NCBI RefSeq assembly: GCF_006345805.1
Contig: NW_021823613.1
Coordinates: 1-29,306, forward strand
Reading direction: 5' to 3'
Source: Octopus sinensis
Taxonomy: Eukaryota
DNA length: 29,306 nt
The notes beneath the pieces are model-generated. The model was given only the letters and a program-made list of their open reading frames with translations. It did no database searches and was not told where the DNA came from. Below are positions 12,762 through 23,819 of the stretch, in pieces. Position 1 is the stretch's first letter. The number at the start of each line of letters is the position of its first letter. The position numbers were made by a program, and so were the translations under genes.

Positions 12762-13158
12762 TACTCTTTTTATCTTTTACTTGTTCCAGTCATTTTGACT
12801 GTGGCCATGCTGGATCACCGTTTTTAGTCGACCAAATCGACTCCAGGACTTATTCTTTGTAAGCCTAGTACTTATTTTATCGGTCTCTTTTGCCGAACCA
12901 CTTAGTTACGGGGAAGTAAACACACCAGCATCGCTTGTCAAACGATGTTAGGGGGGATAAACACAGACACACATACATATACATATACATATATACGACA
13001 AGGTTCTTTCAGTTTCCGTCTACTAAATCCACTCACAAGGCTTTGGTCGGCTCGAGGCTATAGTAGAAGACACTTGCCCAGGGTGCCACACAGTGGGACT
13101 GAACCCAGAACCATGTGGTTCGTTAGCAAGCTACTTACCACACAGCCCCTCCTCCGCC
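12762..13158 (-). mobile_element. tRNA-derived SINE family D, full length
   Basis: Reverse complement of 365-775 throughout, from head ggcggaggaggggctgtgtggtaag to tail. Confidence 0.92.
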
Positions 13159-13200
<42 letters not shown>

Positions 13201-13291
13201 CAACAATTGAGGGTAAACTTAATTAATTAATTAATCAATTTCACCAGAGTCAGTATGCAAAGGGACCATTTAAGGCGAATTCAAATTAGAC

Positions 13292-13736
13292 ATTATATAA
13301 AAGGGCTTAGTAAAATAAATTACTTTGCCGCATACTGAACTCGTTAGAAATAGCAGCTAAAAAAAAAAAAACTTTTATAAAACTATTCTAACACTTAAAG
13401 AAACCTCTCTCATATAGTGTTTGTCAATTCAACTCAAGGAAGTATGGGGGTAGAGACATTAAAAAATCAAATGCAAGGTTATTTGATACGTACGTTTTCA
13501 GATTAGTCAAAATCGACTTTGACTAATCTTGAAACGTACGTACTCAAATAACCTTTGCATTTGATTTTTTAATGTCTCTACCCCCATACTTCCTTGAGTT
13601 GAATTGAGCAACACTATATGAGAGAGGTTTTCTTTTTAAGTGTTCGAATAGTTTTATAAAAAGTTTTTTAGCTGCTATTTCTAACGAGTTCAGTATGCGG
13701 CAAAGTAATTTATTTTACTAAGCCCTTTTATATAAT
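13292..13736. repeat. 445-bp near-perfect palindrome (fold-back) centred on TCGA at 13513-13516
   Basis: Arms of about 220 bp are reverse complements from attatataaaagggc to gcccttttatataat, with few mismatches and a poly-A length difference. Confidence 0.97.
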
Positions 13737-13780
13737 ATTATATATATATAATAATATTATATATATATATATATTGTCAC

Positions 13781-14075
13781 TTGTTTTACCCCTCTGCAAA
13801 AGAATTTTATTTATTCCTTTTGCAAGAAGGACTGTTTCGGCCTGGCCGTGTTCTGCCCTTACCTTCGACACGCGCATTGAGTCGAACCAGGGGCAAGCTG
13901 ATGAAGGGAATTTTCCTTGTATTGTTTGTCTTGTACTCTGTTTTCGTTGTTAAAAAAGTCCGTTTCCTTTTCCTTGTTTGTTTTTCTGTTTCGTTTCTCG
14001 TTGTGTTCTACGTTTATTTGTGGTGTCCTGTACTCATATATATATGCATGTATATATACATGTGATGTAAGTATT
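13781..14075 (+). repeat. Unclassified dispersed repeat with CTGATGAAGG motif, possibly Penelope-like
   Basis: Shares ctgatgaagg, ttctcgttgt..tacgt and tcctgtac.c.tatat with 27440-27600; adjacent to (TA)n. Confidence 0.5.
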
Positions 14076-14145
14076 ACATATATGTATGTATATATGCATA
14101 TATTTTTATTTTTTTATTATATTGTTATTATATATACGTATTCAT

Positions 14146-14179
<34 letters not shown>

Positions 14180-14923
14180 GTATTCATGTTTATATATGTG
14201 TGTGTGTGTGCGTGTGCGTGTGAATGTTTATCTCGTCGCGAACGACAAATTAGGGTTCAGTAATATAATATATATATATATATATATATACACATAAGTA
14301 AATCGAGGATTTCGATATGAATATGGCCACAGATATTTTTTATATGCATTTGCGTGTACTTACGTGTACAGGTGTATGCATTGGTAGCGGAACACCTTTA
14401 TATAAACGTAGGTAAAATACCAATATAAACATAGGTAAAATACAAAAACGATATCTGACCACACCAAACTAGTGTGTTTGGTTGCTAGCGTTTCAAAAAT
14501 TAAAGTTTATCGAACATTTTAAATTTTGGCACAAGATGTATTGATGGAGTTATTTCACTTTTTCCAGAAAAATGTTTTAAAAAAGTTATAGAGGTTTAAA
14601 GTTTGATCATTTTCACCCAGTCAGGAAACAGTAATTGGAAGCTGTCGTTTTGTGCGTGACTGCACATTTTGTCGTAGACATCCGGAAAATAGCAAGTGCT
14701 GTCAAGAAAGAATAAGCAACCCGCTTTTTGTAGTTTTAAGCATTGCAATAGCATGAACTTAAAAGATTTACCAAAAAACCTTATTTAGCTGTTATTTTTA
14801 GCACACCTCACAACCACTTCAATGACAAAAAGAAATGAGTAAACAACACATATTTCGTAGTTTCAAGCATTCAACATGCATTTAATGCAAATGCGATAAC
14901 ACGTTATATGCTATAAACATATT

Positions 14924-15313
14924 GGAGGCGCAATGGCCCAGTGGTTAGGGCAAGCGGACTCGCGTCATAGATCGCGGGTTCGATTCCCAGACCGGGCGTT
15001 GTGAGTGTTTATTGAGCGAAAACACCTAAAGCTCCACGAGGCTCCGGCAAGGGGTGGTGGGATCCTGCTGTACTCTTTCACCACAACTTTCTCTTTTCTT
15101 ACTCTTACTCCTGTTTTCTGTTGTACCTGTATTTCAAAGGGCCGGCCTTGTCACTCTCTGTGTCACGCTGAATATCCCCGAGAACTACGTTAAGGGTGCA
15201 CGTGTCTGTGGAGTGCTCAGCCACTTACACGTTAATTTCACGAGCAGGCTGTTCCGTTGATTCGGATCAACCGGAACCCTCGTCGTCGTAACCGACGGAG
15301 TGCTTCCACTTCC
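14924..15313 (+). mobile_element. tRNA-derived SINE family B with tail type 2
   Basis: Head ggaggcgcaatggcccagtggttag...gggttcgattccc; TSD ataaacatatt (14913-14923) / ataaacacatt (15314-15324); tail homologous to that of 2334-2657. Confidence 0.92.
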
Positions 15314-15676
15314 ATAAACACATTATAATTTTTACCATGATCTCAATACAGTTTTAACAAAGATTTGGAAGAATTAGATGAAAATTCTCCGGTAATTCTC
15401 TTTCATGTAAATAAATGTTTATGTTAATTTAAAAATTTGCCAGTAAAATTTTATAAAATGTTCTAAAAGCTGTTCATTTTTATATGTTATATATGAAAAT
15501 AAAAGAGTGAACAAAATATGCTTAAAAACAAACACTTAAGCATGCAATAAGCAACACGTTTACAAAATATTTTTAAAATTCAAAACGAAAGTTAGAAATA
15601 CATTCAATCAATTTCTCAAACAAATCACAACTTTTGTATCCTCTGCGCCACAAATTCAGAGATATTAATCTACCAT

Positions 15677-16400
15677 AGAACGATGAGTGCCACGGCGTCG
15701 TTTATTACCTGGCTTCACAGAGGCCCAGGCACTCTCCACTTATTGAGCGTGGGTACCATCTTTCGGGTTAACAATCCCAACGCTGTGGTTCACCGGTCTA
15801 TGCTCAAATTGTAACCATCAATTTCAGAACTATGAGAGTACGCCCTCCACAAATCACTGAAAACTGTGGTTCCTGGAAGAATCGAGTGACGTATGCATCA
15901 ATTCCAGTGTGTCACGATTCCGACATGTCACCGCATACAGAAAAACCTGTTTGGTCTTGCGACACACTCCTCCAAAGATCCACTGCTCAGGTAGGACCCT
16001 TTCTCAGTTGTACTCACGTCTTGAGAAAACTATTTCGTCGATCTCAGAAGACTATTTCGTCGATCTTCCCAACACCATCAGCTTGAAATGGATAACGGTG
16101 CAAGTCCTCCGCAGATATCTCTCTATCATAGTTATTATAATCAATGGCTGTACTACGTCTCAGCCCCAGTTCTTGAGCACAAAACCGGACTGAAGTCAAT
16201 TCCTTAACCCATGAGTAGAGGAAGAGCTCTACAGTCCTAAGAGAAAAGGTACCACATTCAAACCATGTGTTTTCCTTAGCGACACAGATATCATGCATTC
16301 TCGGCGTGAGTATTGCCAGTACATGTTCCCATGATGTCTTTTTGTACGTATGGCATGCTTCTTCCTTTCACATAGCTTTTTTATTACTATGGAAACAGGC
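15677..16400 (-). pseudogene. Merlin (IS1595/IS1016-related) DDE transposase pseudogene
   Basis: Frameshifted fragments TWFECGTF..ELGL..T.IDYNNY.REI, EIDEIVFSRREYN..LPEQWIFGGVCRKTKQVFLYAV..RNRDTL, PGTTVFSDLWRAY, HRPVNHS..VNPKDGTHAQ.VESAW fit the Merlin DDE signature. Confidence 0.88.
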
Positions 16401-16401
16401 A

Positions 16402-16404
<3 letters not shown>

Positions 16405-16496
<92 letters not shown>

Positions 16497-16557
16497 TTGA
16501 GGTGCTTCAGAAAACGAACATGCGCGTGATTAGAGTGCCAGTTCTCACGACATGCAT

Positions 16558-16594
<37 letters not shown>

Positions 16595-16620
16595 GACAGA
16601 AAGACAGACAGGATGGACGC
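16405..16620. repeat. (GATA)n, (CA)n and (GACA)n microsatellites
   Basis: Directly visible. Confidence 0.92.
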
Positions 16621-16777
16621 ACAGACAGACAAGCAAAAACAGACAGGCCGGCAGAGAAGGACGGGGAGAATCAGAGATAGCATCAACAACAGCATACCAA
16701 TCAACTGGCATTGAGAGTTAATTAGAAATTAGATTCTCGTCTAAAGTATAATAGAAACAATACACTGCAAGAAAACT

Positions 16778-16814
16778 ATTATCATTATCATCATCATCAT
16801 CATCATTATTATTA

Positions 16815-16861
<47 letters not shown>

Positions 16862-17420
16862 GTACTGCATTTTTTTTTCAATATCGCTATTATTCATATA
16901 ATCATGGCCGTTGCTGTTGTAAGTGTTGTTGTCATAACTATTAAATTATTTTCCTTGTTTGTTTTATATTATTTATATGATATAGGAAACTGAGGTGATG
17001 ATTATAATTATGATAATTGTTGTTGTTGTTGTTGTTGTTTTTGTGGTTGTTTTTGTTGTTGTTGTTGTTGGCGGTGGTGTCGTTATAAATATTAAAGAAA
17101 GCATAAATATTAATTTTGTATTTGCAGGTATTTTTTTTCTAATCTTGTTGCTGAGTATGTGTTTTGCAAATGCAAGTAGGATTGTGAAAATTAACTGAGT
17201 ATATACACGCTAGTGTGTGTGTGTGTGTGTATACCAATGCTTGTATGCGTATGTATGTGCATGCATTTTGTCAGTGTGTACGCAGTCGCACATCTATTTC
17301 TGGTTGAATGCGTTTTTGAATGTGCGAACTTGTGCTTGCGTGTTTGTGCGTGTTTGTGCGTGTGTGTTTGTGTGGTTGTGTATGTATGTGTGTGTTTGTG
17401 TGTGTGTATGTGTAGTTTTG

Positions 17421-17451
<31 letters not shown>

Positions 17452-17670
17452 TGTGTGTGTGTGTGTTTGGTTGTGTAAGTGAGTGTATGTGTGTGTTATT
17501 TCTTATTTCGTTGCTTCCAGAATACCAAAATATAGTTTTAACTCTATATTGGTATTTATTCTCTACAAAGATTCTTTCAATTTTCATTATAGTATTTCTA
17601 TTCTTCTTCTTGCTTTTGCTGCTACTGTTGCTGCTGCTGCTGCTGCTACTGCTGTTGCTACTGCAGCTGT
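16778..17670. repeat. Simple-repeat field: (ATC)/(ATT)n, (GTT)n, (TG)n, (GCT)n
   Basis: Directly visible. Confidence 0.9.
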
Positions 17671-17673
17671 TGT

Positions 17674-18167
17674 CTTCTTCTTCTTCTTCCAATCAGGACT
17701 CACGCCATTAGCCACAAAGAATAATCTCTAATTCGAGCCTACCCTAAGCTACAAAGAATGTGTGTGGCAACTTGAAAATCCACCCACTACATGCGATAGG
17801 CTAGCGGTTGCACGGGCGCGAAAGCTACGTTGTTATCCTCATTCCATAAACGGTGGCTTTTAACGGGTGGAGAGCTGAACCATCCTGGGGTACAGAGGAT
17901 TCATAATCTAGACTAGGGTCTGAAAGTTTACCACACCATAGTGAGTTACACCATGATTCCTCTGCTTTGTGACAGAAGTAGGAAGAAAGAGTGAGAGAAA
18001 GTTGCGATGAAAGAGTACAGCGGGGGTCACCATCACCCCCGCTGGAGCCACGTGGAGCTTAGGTGTTTTTGCTCAATAAATATCCACATTGCCCGGTCTG
18101 GGAATCGAAACCGCGTTCTTACGACCGCGAGTCCGCTTTCCTAACCACTGGGCCATTGTGCCTCCAC
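17674..18167 (-). mobile_element. tRNA-derived SINE family B with long tail type 3 ending in (GAA)n
   Basis: Head gtggaggcacaatggcccagtggttag; B body to about 17972, then a distinct segment ending gagtcctgattggaagaagaagaag; degenerate 24-bp TSD 17650-17673 / 18168-18191 (20/24) in low-complexity context. Confidence 0.75.
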
Positions 18168-19026
18168 TGCTGCTGGGACTGCCGCTGTTGTTATTGTTGC
18201 TTTTGTCATCGTTTTTTCTAGGAGACCGAATTGAAGTATATAGGGAGCAAAATTACAAACACCATCATCATCACCATCATCAGCATCATTAGTATTGATT
18301 TGTGTTTTAATCAATATTTATCTGTGTATGTATACACATGTGTGTGTGTGTGCGCGCGCGTGTGTGTGTAAGGTTCGTGTATCTGTGTGCGCATGCACCT
18401 AGAGAATTCCTTTTGTCCTTTAGGGATATAATACGTATGTGAACAAACAGAAAGAGGGATTAATACGGATTAAATCTTCCCTGGGTGAAATAATCCAGGC
18501 AAGTTGATCGGCCACTCAGTTCTGCTTCTTAAACAAAAAGACAATAGCTACGTTGTCTTCGTACTCATATAATCATTGTATGTCGCTAATTACACATTTA
18601 AATAGCATCTCCATCAAGTTCACACTTTCTTCCCTGTTTATATAACACATAATAACAAGCTGACCAGAGACAGCGGGAGAGAGAGAGCGATAAAGAAGAT
18701 GAGAGACCTTGTGTGGCTGTTCTCCGATATGCAAGAACTAACAGTCAAATCTCCTTCAAATACCTCACTCCACTGCAGTAGGTTGTTCCTAAACAGAGCA
18801 ACTCGTGACATTGTTCTGTTGCGAGATGGTGCTAAATGCGCCGCGAAAATAATAAAATTATGAAAGGAAATTCGGAACACGCATCCTCCTCCCATACTTT
18901 AGTTATAATTTAATACAAAAAGAAAGGAAGGAAATGGTCTTGGCAAACGCTTTGAAAACTAAATGTCCAGAAACTGAATGAATATATTTTTAGTTATATT
19001 TTGTTCTTGCTTTTGTTGTTGTTTTT

Positions 19027-19443
19027 TTATCTTTTCTGTTTGAACGGCAGTTCTTTCTAACGGTGTCATATGAAATTGTCACCCATAATTATGACCCTAG
19101 TATCGATCTATTGTATTTCAATCTGTTTTAGGGTTAGGGTTAGGGGTGGGGGGAAGGGTATCTTTTTTTCTTCACAAATGTAAATAAACCCAATCTGTTT
19201 CTTAAACGAGGGACATATTCATACGGCACAGAATAATTTTTAACTCAATAGACGTCACTGATTGGTTGAAATTGCAGAAATTGAAGAAAAAAAACAACAA
19301 ATATCTTACAAACGATAGAATTTTCTCAATAAAGCCAAGAGAAAAAGATGTTTTATAAACACATTCTACCAGTAAACGAAGTTTAAAAGTGTTTAGTTAC
19401 GTGGAAATTATTTTAAAAACTGCCGGTCAAACCGAAAAGATCC
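19027..19443 (+). mobile_element. Merlin-type MITE, copy 1
   Basis: Ends (tt)atcttttctgtttgaacggcag / ctgccggtcaaaccgaaaagatcc; inverted homologue of 20098-20516; left TIR and TSD eroded. Confidence 0.85.
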
Positions 19444-19589
19444 GGGTTTGTTTTGTTTTTTTCATAGAATTTATCTTATCAAAAATATTTTTTAAAAATT
19501 CGACTAAAATAATTATAGCAATGTCTACTTAATAATCGTTTCTAGTATAGGAATAAGATTAAAATATTTGAAGAGCATTTACTAAATGG

Positions 19590-20078
19590 AATCGACCGCG
19601 GTAACTGACTGGAACTGAACATTATCGAACCCAAAAGGATAAAAGGCAAAATTGACTTCAGCCCGATTTGAACTCAGAACGTACAGAATTGGAAAAAGAG
19701 CAGAATGTCTAATGGTTTAACAGTTACACCAATCCAGTGTGACTGAAATGAGAAAATTAGTTCTCTTCCGTCGAGAAGAATATTTTTCTGATAAATTTTC
19801 GCTAACGGAAATATTCGGGTATTTTGCTCGAAATTTGTCGAAAAGTAAAAATAATAATGGTTTCTAATTTAGACAGAAGGTTCGAAATTCTGAAAGGCAG
19901 GGCTTGATGGACACCATCGACCCCAAGACTTGACTGGTACTTTATTTTATCGACTTCAAATGGATAAAAGGCAAAGTTGATTTCGGCGGGGTTTTAGCAC
20001 AGAATATAGAGGACCGGGACAAAAACCGAAAAACATTTCTGTTTCGACGCTATAACGATTCTGCCAGATTGATGTCTT
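19590..20078 (-). mobile_element. Two decayed family A-related SINE fragments (about 19590-19690 and 19900-20078)
   Basis: Motifs aaaaggcaaa(a/g)ttga, atttgaactcagaacgta and aacgattctgccag. Confidence 0.65.
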
Positions 20079-20097
20079 AAATACAAAAAGAAGAATA

Positions 20098-20516
20098 GGA
20101 TCTTTTCGGTTTGAACGGTAGTTTTTAACATAATTTCTAGATAACTAAAAAATTTTAAACTTCGTATACCGGTAGAATGTGTTTATAAAACATCTTTTTC
20201 TCTTGGCTTTATTGAGAAAATTCTATAGTTTGTAAGATATCTGTTGTTTTTTTTCTTCAATTTCTGCAATTTCAACCAATCAGTGACGTCTATTGAGGTA
20301 AAAAAACATTCTCTGTCGTATGAATATGTCCCTCGTTTAAGAAACAGATTGGGTTTATTTACATTTGTGAAGAAAAAAAATATACCCTTCTCCCCACCCT
20401 TAACCCTAACCCTAAAACAGATTGAAATGCAATAGATCGATCCTAGGGTCATAATTATGGGTGACAATTTCATATGACACCGCTAGAAAAAACTGCCGTT
20501 CAAACCGAAAAGATCC
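20098..20516 (-). mobile_element. Merlin-type MITE, copy 2, intact
   Basis: TIRs GGATCTTTTCGGTTTGAACGG.AG; perfect 8-bp TSD GAAGAATA (20090-20097, 20517-20524). GG termini with 8-bp TSD match Merlin. Confidence 0.88.
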
Positions 20517-20637
20517 GAAGAATAAATAATAAATAAAACAAAAACTCGAGAAAATCTCTTTTGTGGATTCTAATCCCCTGAATGCTGAAAATAAAAATCC
20601 AGAAACCGTTTTAAAAAAGCATCATGTATAATTATGG

Positions 20638-20895
20638 TTTCAAATTTTGGTACAAGGCTAACAGGTTCGGGGTGGATAAGTCATTTTCATCGATTTCAGA
20701 GCTCAGTTGGTACTTGTGTAATTGACCCAAAAGGATGAAAGACAAAGTCGACCCCGGTGGCATTTGAACTCAGAAGGTAAAGACGGACGAAATACCGCTA
20801 AGTATTTTGCGGTAAAAATCATTTCTAATAATGATTTCAAATTTTAGTACAAGGACAACAAATTTGGGTGCGGCGGTAATAAGTCGATAACGAAA
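20638..20895 (-). mobile_element. Decayed family A-related SINE and a short tail fragment
   Basis: ggatgaaagacaaagtcgaccccggtggcatttgaactcagaaggtaaagacggacgaaataccgctaag. Confidence 0.7.
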
Positions 20896-21026
20896 ATCGA
20901 GTACTAAGCTACTCTAGATGAGCGGTGAGTGATGAAGGGCACGTGGGAGGTTCTCGCGAATGTTGAAAATCCACGGGATACTTCACAGCTAAGTTATGAG
21001 TTCAAATTAAAACCTATATAAATATA

Positions 21027-21254
21027 TATTTCTTTACTGCCCACAAGGGGCTAAACATAGAGGGGACAAACAAGGACAGACAAAGGGATTAAGTTGATTA
21101 CATTAAACCCCAGTGCGTAACTGGTACTTAATTTATCGACCCCGAAAGGATGAAAGGCAAAGTCGACCTCGGGGAATTTGAACTCAGAACGTAACGACAG
21201 ACGAAATACCGCTAAGCATTTCGCCCAGCGCGCTAACGCTTCTGCCAGCTCGCC
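21027..21254 (-). mobile_element. tRNA-derived SINE family A monomer
   Basis: Full head ggcgagctggcagaagcgttagcgcg; flanked by ATAAATATA (21018-21026, 21255-21263). Confidence 0.92.
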
Positions 21255-21263
21255 ATAAATATA

Positions 21264-21500
21264 GACCGGGCGTTGTAAGTGTTTATTGAGCGGAAACACC
21301 TAAAGCTCTCTCCGGCAGAGAGTGGTGGCGATCCCTGCTGTACTCGTTCGCCACAACTTTCTCTCACTCTTTCTTCTGTTGGCCTGCTCGCTTAGCCAGC
21401 GGGGTGGTGTCATTTGAAGGCTAAAACAATGCGAAGCGCAATGTGATCAGCGATGTGTAGCAACATCTGATAGCCTGGTCGGTCATGGTGATCACGGTGA
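21264..21500 (+). mobile_element. 5'-truncated SINE family B with tail type 4
   Basis: B body gaccgggcgttgtaagtgtttattgagcggaaacacctaaagctc, then ggcctgctcgcttagccagcgggg...ggtgatcacggtgat. Confidence 0.85.
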
Positions 21501-21536
21501 TAAATATATATATGTTACACACATTTATGAATATGA

Positions 21537-21539
<3 letters not shown>

Positions 21540-21598
<59 letters not shown>

Positions 21599-21604
21599 TG
21601 TGTG
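21540..21604. repeat. (TG)n microsatellite
   Basis: Directly visible. Confidence 0.95.
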
Positions 21605-22282
21605 TTATTTATTTATCAGACACGTTTCTGTATAATGCGTATTTTATTGAATGTACGGACCATTGTGACGAAGAAAGAAAGGATTATTACTAATGCAATT
21701 GAAAATATGAAGAGAAAAAACAACATTTATATTCCCTAATCTGAAGTAATATATCAACACAATATTAGCAGACAGCACTCCTGAACATATACATACATAT
21801 ATACATACATATATGTGCTCGTGGGTGTATGGATATAAAGAAACATTAAAAAGTAATAAAACAAACGCAAAAATCCGCACCTACTCGAGCACATGTTCAC
21901 ACACATGTTCACACACGTGTTCATATACATGCAATCATACATACGTACACACACACACACAAAGAGAGAGTCAAAGAAAGCCGGTTATGTCGAGCAATTA
22001 TTTTGACAATATTCATCAATAATCTTCTTGTTACTGTGAACGTCACGTCAAGCACGACATCTAGAACTGGAATGTTTGAACTTATGTTGAGAGAGAGAGA
22101 AACATTGTTCTCTAGAGACCGACACCGATGTGACATGCAATTTAACACCAGCGCAAAGTGAGTAGATAGAAGATTGTAGGAGGACCAAAGCAGCCGGTTC
22201 ACGTATTCACCACGTCACAGCTAACATAATGACTATATGTGTGTGTTGTGTGTGCGTATGCATATATATATATATATATATG

Positions 22283-22492
22283 TTTCTTTATTACCCACAA
22301 GGGGCTAACAAGGACAGACAAACGAATTAAGTCGATTACATCGACCCCAGAGCGTAACTGGTACTTAATTTATCGACCCCGAAAGAATGAAAGGCAAAGT
22401 GAACCTCGGCGGAATTTGAACTCAGAACGTAACGGCAGACGAAATACGACTACGCATTTCGCCCGGCGTGCTAACGGTTCTGCCAGCTCGCC
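22283..22492 (-). mobile_element. tRNA-derived SINE family A monomer
   Basis: Homologous to 21027-21254 including the head. Confidence 0.92.
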
Positions 22493-22513
22493 TTATTTAT
22501 ATATATATATATA

Positions 22514-22780
22514 GTGAAGGCGCATGATTCAGTGGTTATAACGTCGAGCTTACGATCGTGAGGGTGCGAGCTCGAATCCCTAACTGGGCTGCGTGTTGCG
22601 TTCTTGAGCAAGACACTTTATTTCACGTTGCTCCAGTTCACTCAGCTGTAGAAATGAGTTGCGACGTCACAGGTGCCAAGCTGTATCGGCCCCTTTGCTT
22701 TTTCCCTAGGATAACACTGGTGGCGTGGAGAGGGGAGGCCGGTATGCATGGGCGACTGCTGGTCTTCCATAAACCACCTT
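22514..22780 (+). mobile_element. tRNA-derived SINE family C with tail type 5
   Basis: Head gtgaaggcgcatgattcagtggtta; core cttgagcaagacactttatttcacgttgctccag; diverges from 2334-2657 after aaatgagttg. Confidence 0.88.
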
Positions 22781-23169
22781 TCCGTATATGTATGTCTGTG
22801 TGTATATTCATGTACACACGCTCGTGCACGCGCGGCCGCACTCACACACAGAGTTTACATCACAATCTCTGTTTATCTTACAATGTCACATGTCCAGTTT
22901 ATCTCTCTTTTCTTTCAATATTTTCAAATTTTTCTTCTTTTATTTGGACGCATAATATTATTTCATGTCTTACGTGAACCGATAATATTTGTTAAATAAC
23001 ATTGTTACTGTTTAATTACATATCATCAAAATCTTTAAAGTATCCCACCTCTCACTATCTGCTCCTTATCTAATCCAAACACAGTTTACCTGAGGCTGCA
23101 TCATCCAGTTTCTCCTTCCCTTCGTTTATCATACGGTTAGGCATGCATTAACCTCTGTGCTTAGCAGAT

Positions 23170-23330
23170 TGAACAACCTACGTAGAGGCTTCTTCGTTGG
23201 CTCATATTAAGTATTGGGCGGATGAATCGACTGAGGTAGAAATACTTCATTTCCAATGTCTTCTAGCTTTAAAAGAAAATTAAATAGGTTTCTGGGAAAG
23301 AGCATATTAACAGATATTAGTGTTCAAAAT
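23170..23330 (+). mobile_element. Possible CR1/L2 LINE 3' remnant
   Basis: Short translation SSFKRKLNRFL resembles the FK..LD.FL end of CR1/L2 ORF2; very decayed. Confidence 0.25.
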
Positions 23331-23819
23331 GTGGAACAAGTGAATGCAAAAAGCCATATTAAAAAGAGGGTATGATTTAACTGCACAGGACCATTGCATA
23401 GGCAGAAAAACTCCATGAACAAAATAACACTTTATTTATTTATTTATTTTGTCTTTGGTCAGTAAGTGTTATTTCCTATTTGCTTCTATTTAGAAATCAA
23501 AGGAAGTGACTACTATTCCCTTCAAACTTTGCTTTTGTGACTTGGACATCAATGTTTTGAAACTGACCAATTTTTCCATTACATTTGAGGCAGAATCAGT
23601 GCTGAATTGTTGAAGCAGAAATATCATTATAGCAAATATAATCTGTTCAACACCACAGATTTGCTTGTCAGTTCCTTGACTTTAATCACTTGAGCATGTC
23701 CCTTAGTGGCTGACAATATGTGTATTTCTGATCATGGATGAATATATAAAACCCTATCTATGAACATCAACTTTTGAATCATAGGGCTATCTCATAGCTG
23801 AAAATAACAGGAACGACCT

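Noticed and set aside
13825-13860. Minus-strand ggcc-a-ggccGAAACagtc as a complete hammerhead
   Set aside because: No CUGANGA core upstream on that strand.
14440-14900. Probable DNA-transposon internal sequence, also 9300-9560
   Set aside because: Only a short shared motif (aaagtta.a.aggtttaaa) was seen and no termini could be defined.
14924-14995. tRNA-like sequences with A and B boxes (also 365, 2590-2657, 8200-8265, 22514)
   Set aside because: They continue directly into SINE bodies with TSDs and lack a proper acceptor stem, so they are not tRNA genes.
19127-19146. TTAGGG repeats as a chromosome end or fusion scar
   Set aside because: Only two to three units, internal to a MITE that occurs twice.
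19027-20516. The two MITEs as ends of one composite transposon
   Set aside because: Copy 2 has its own perfect TSD and no TSD flanks the pair.
21921-22202. 93-aa minus ORF and a plus-strand donor (AAA|GTGAGT)
   Set aside because: No recognisable motif or matching acceptor, and it partly overlaps simple repeats.
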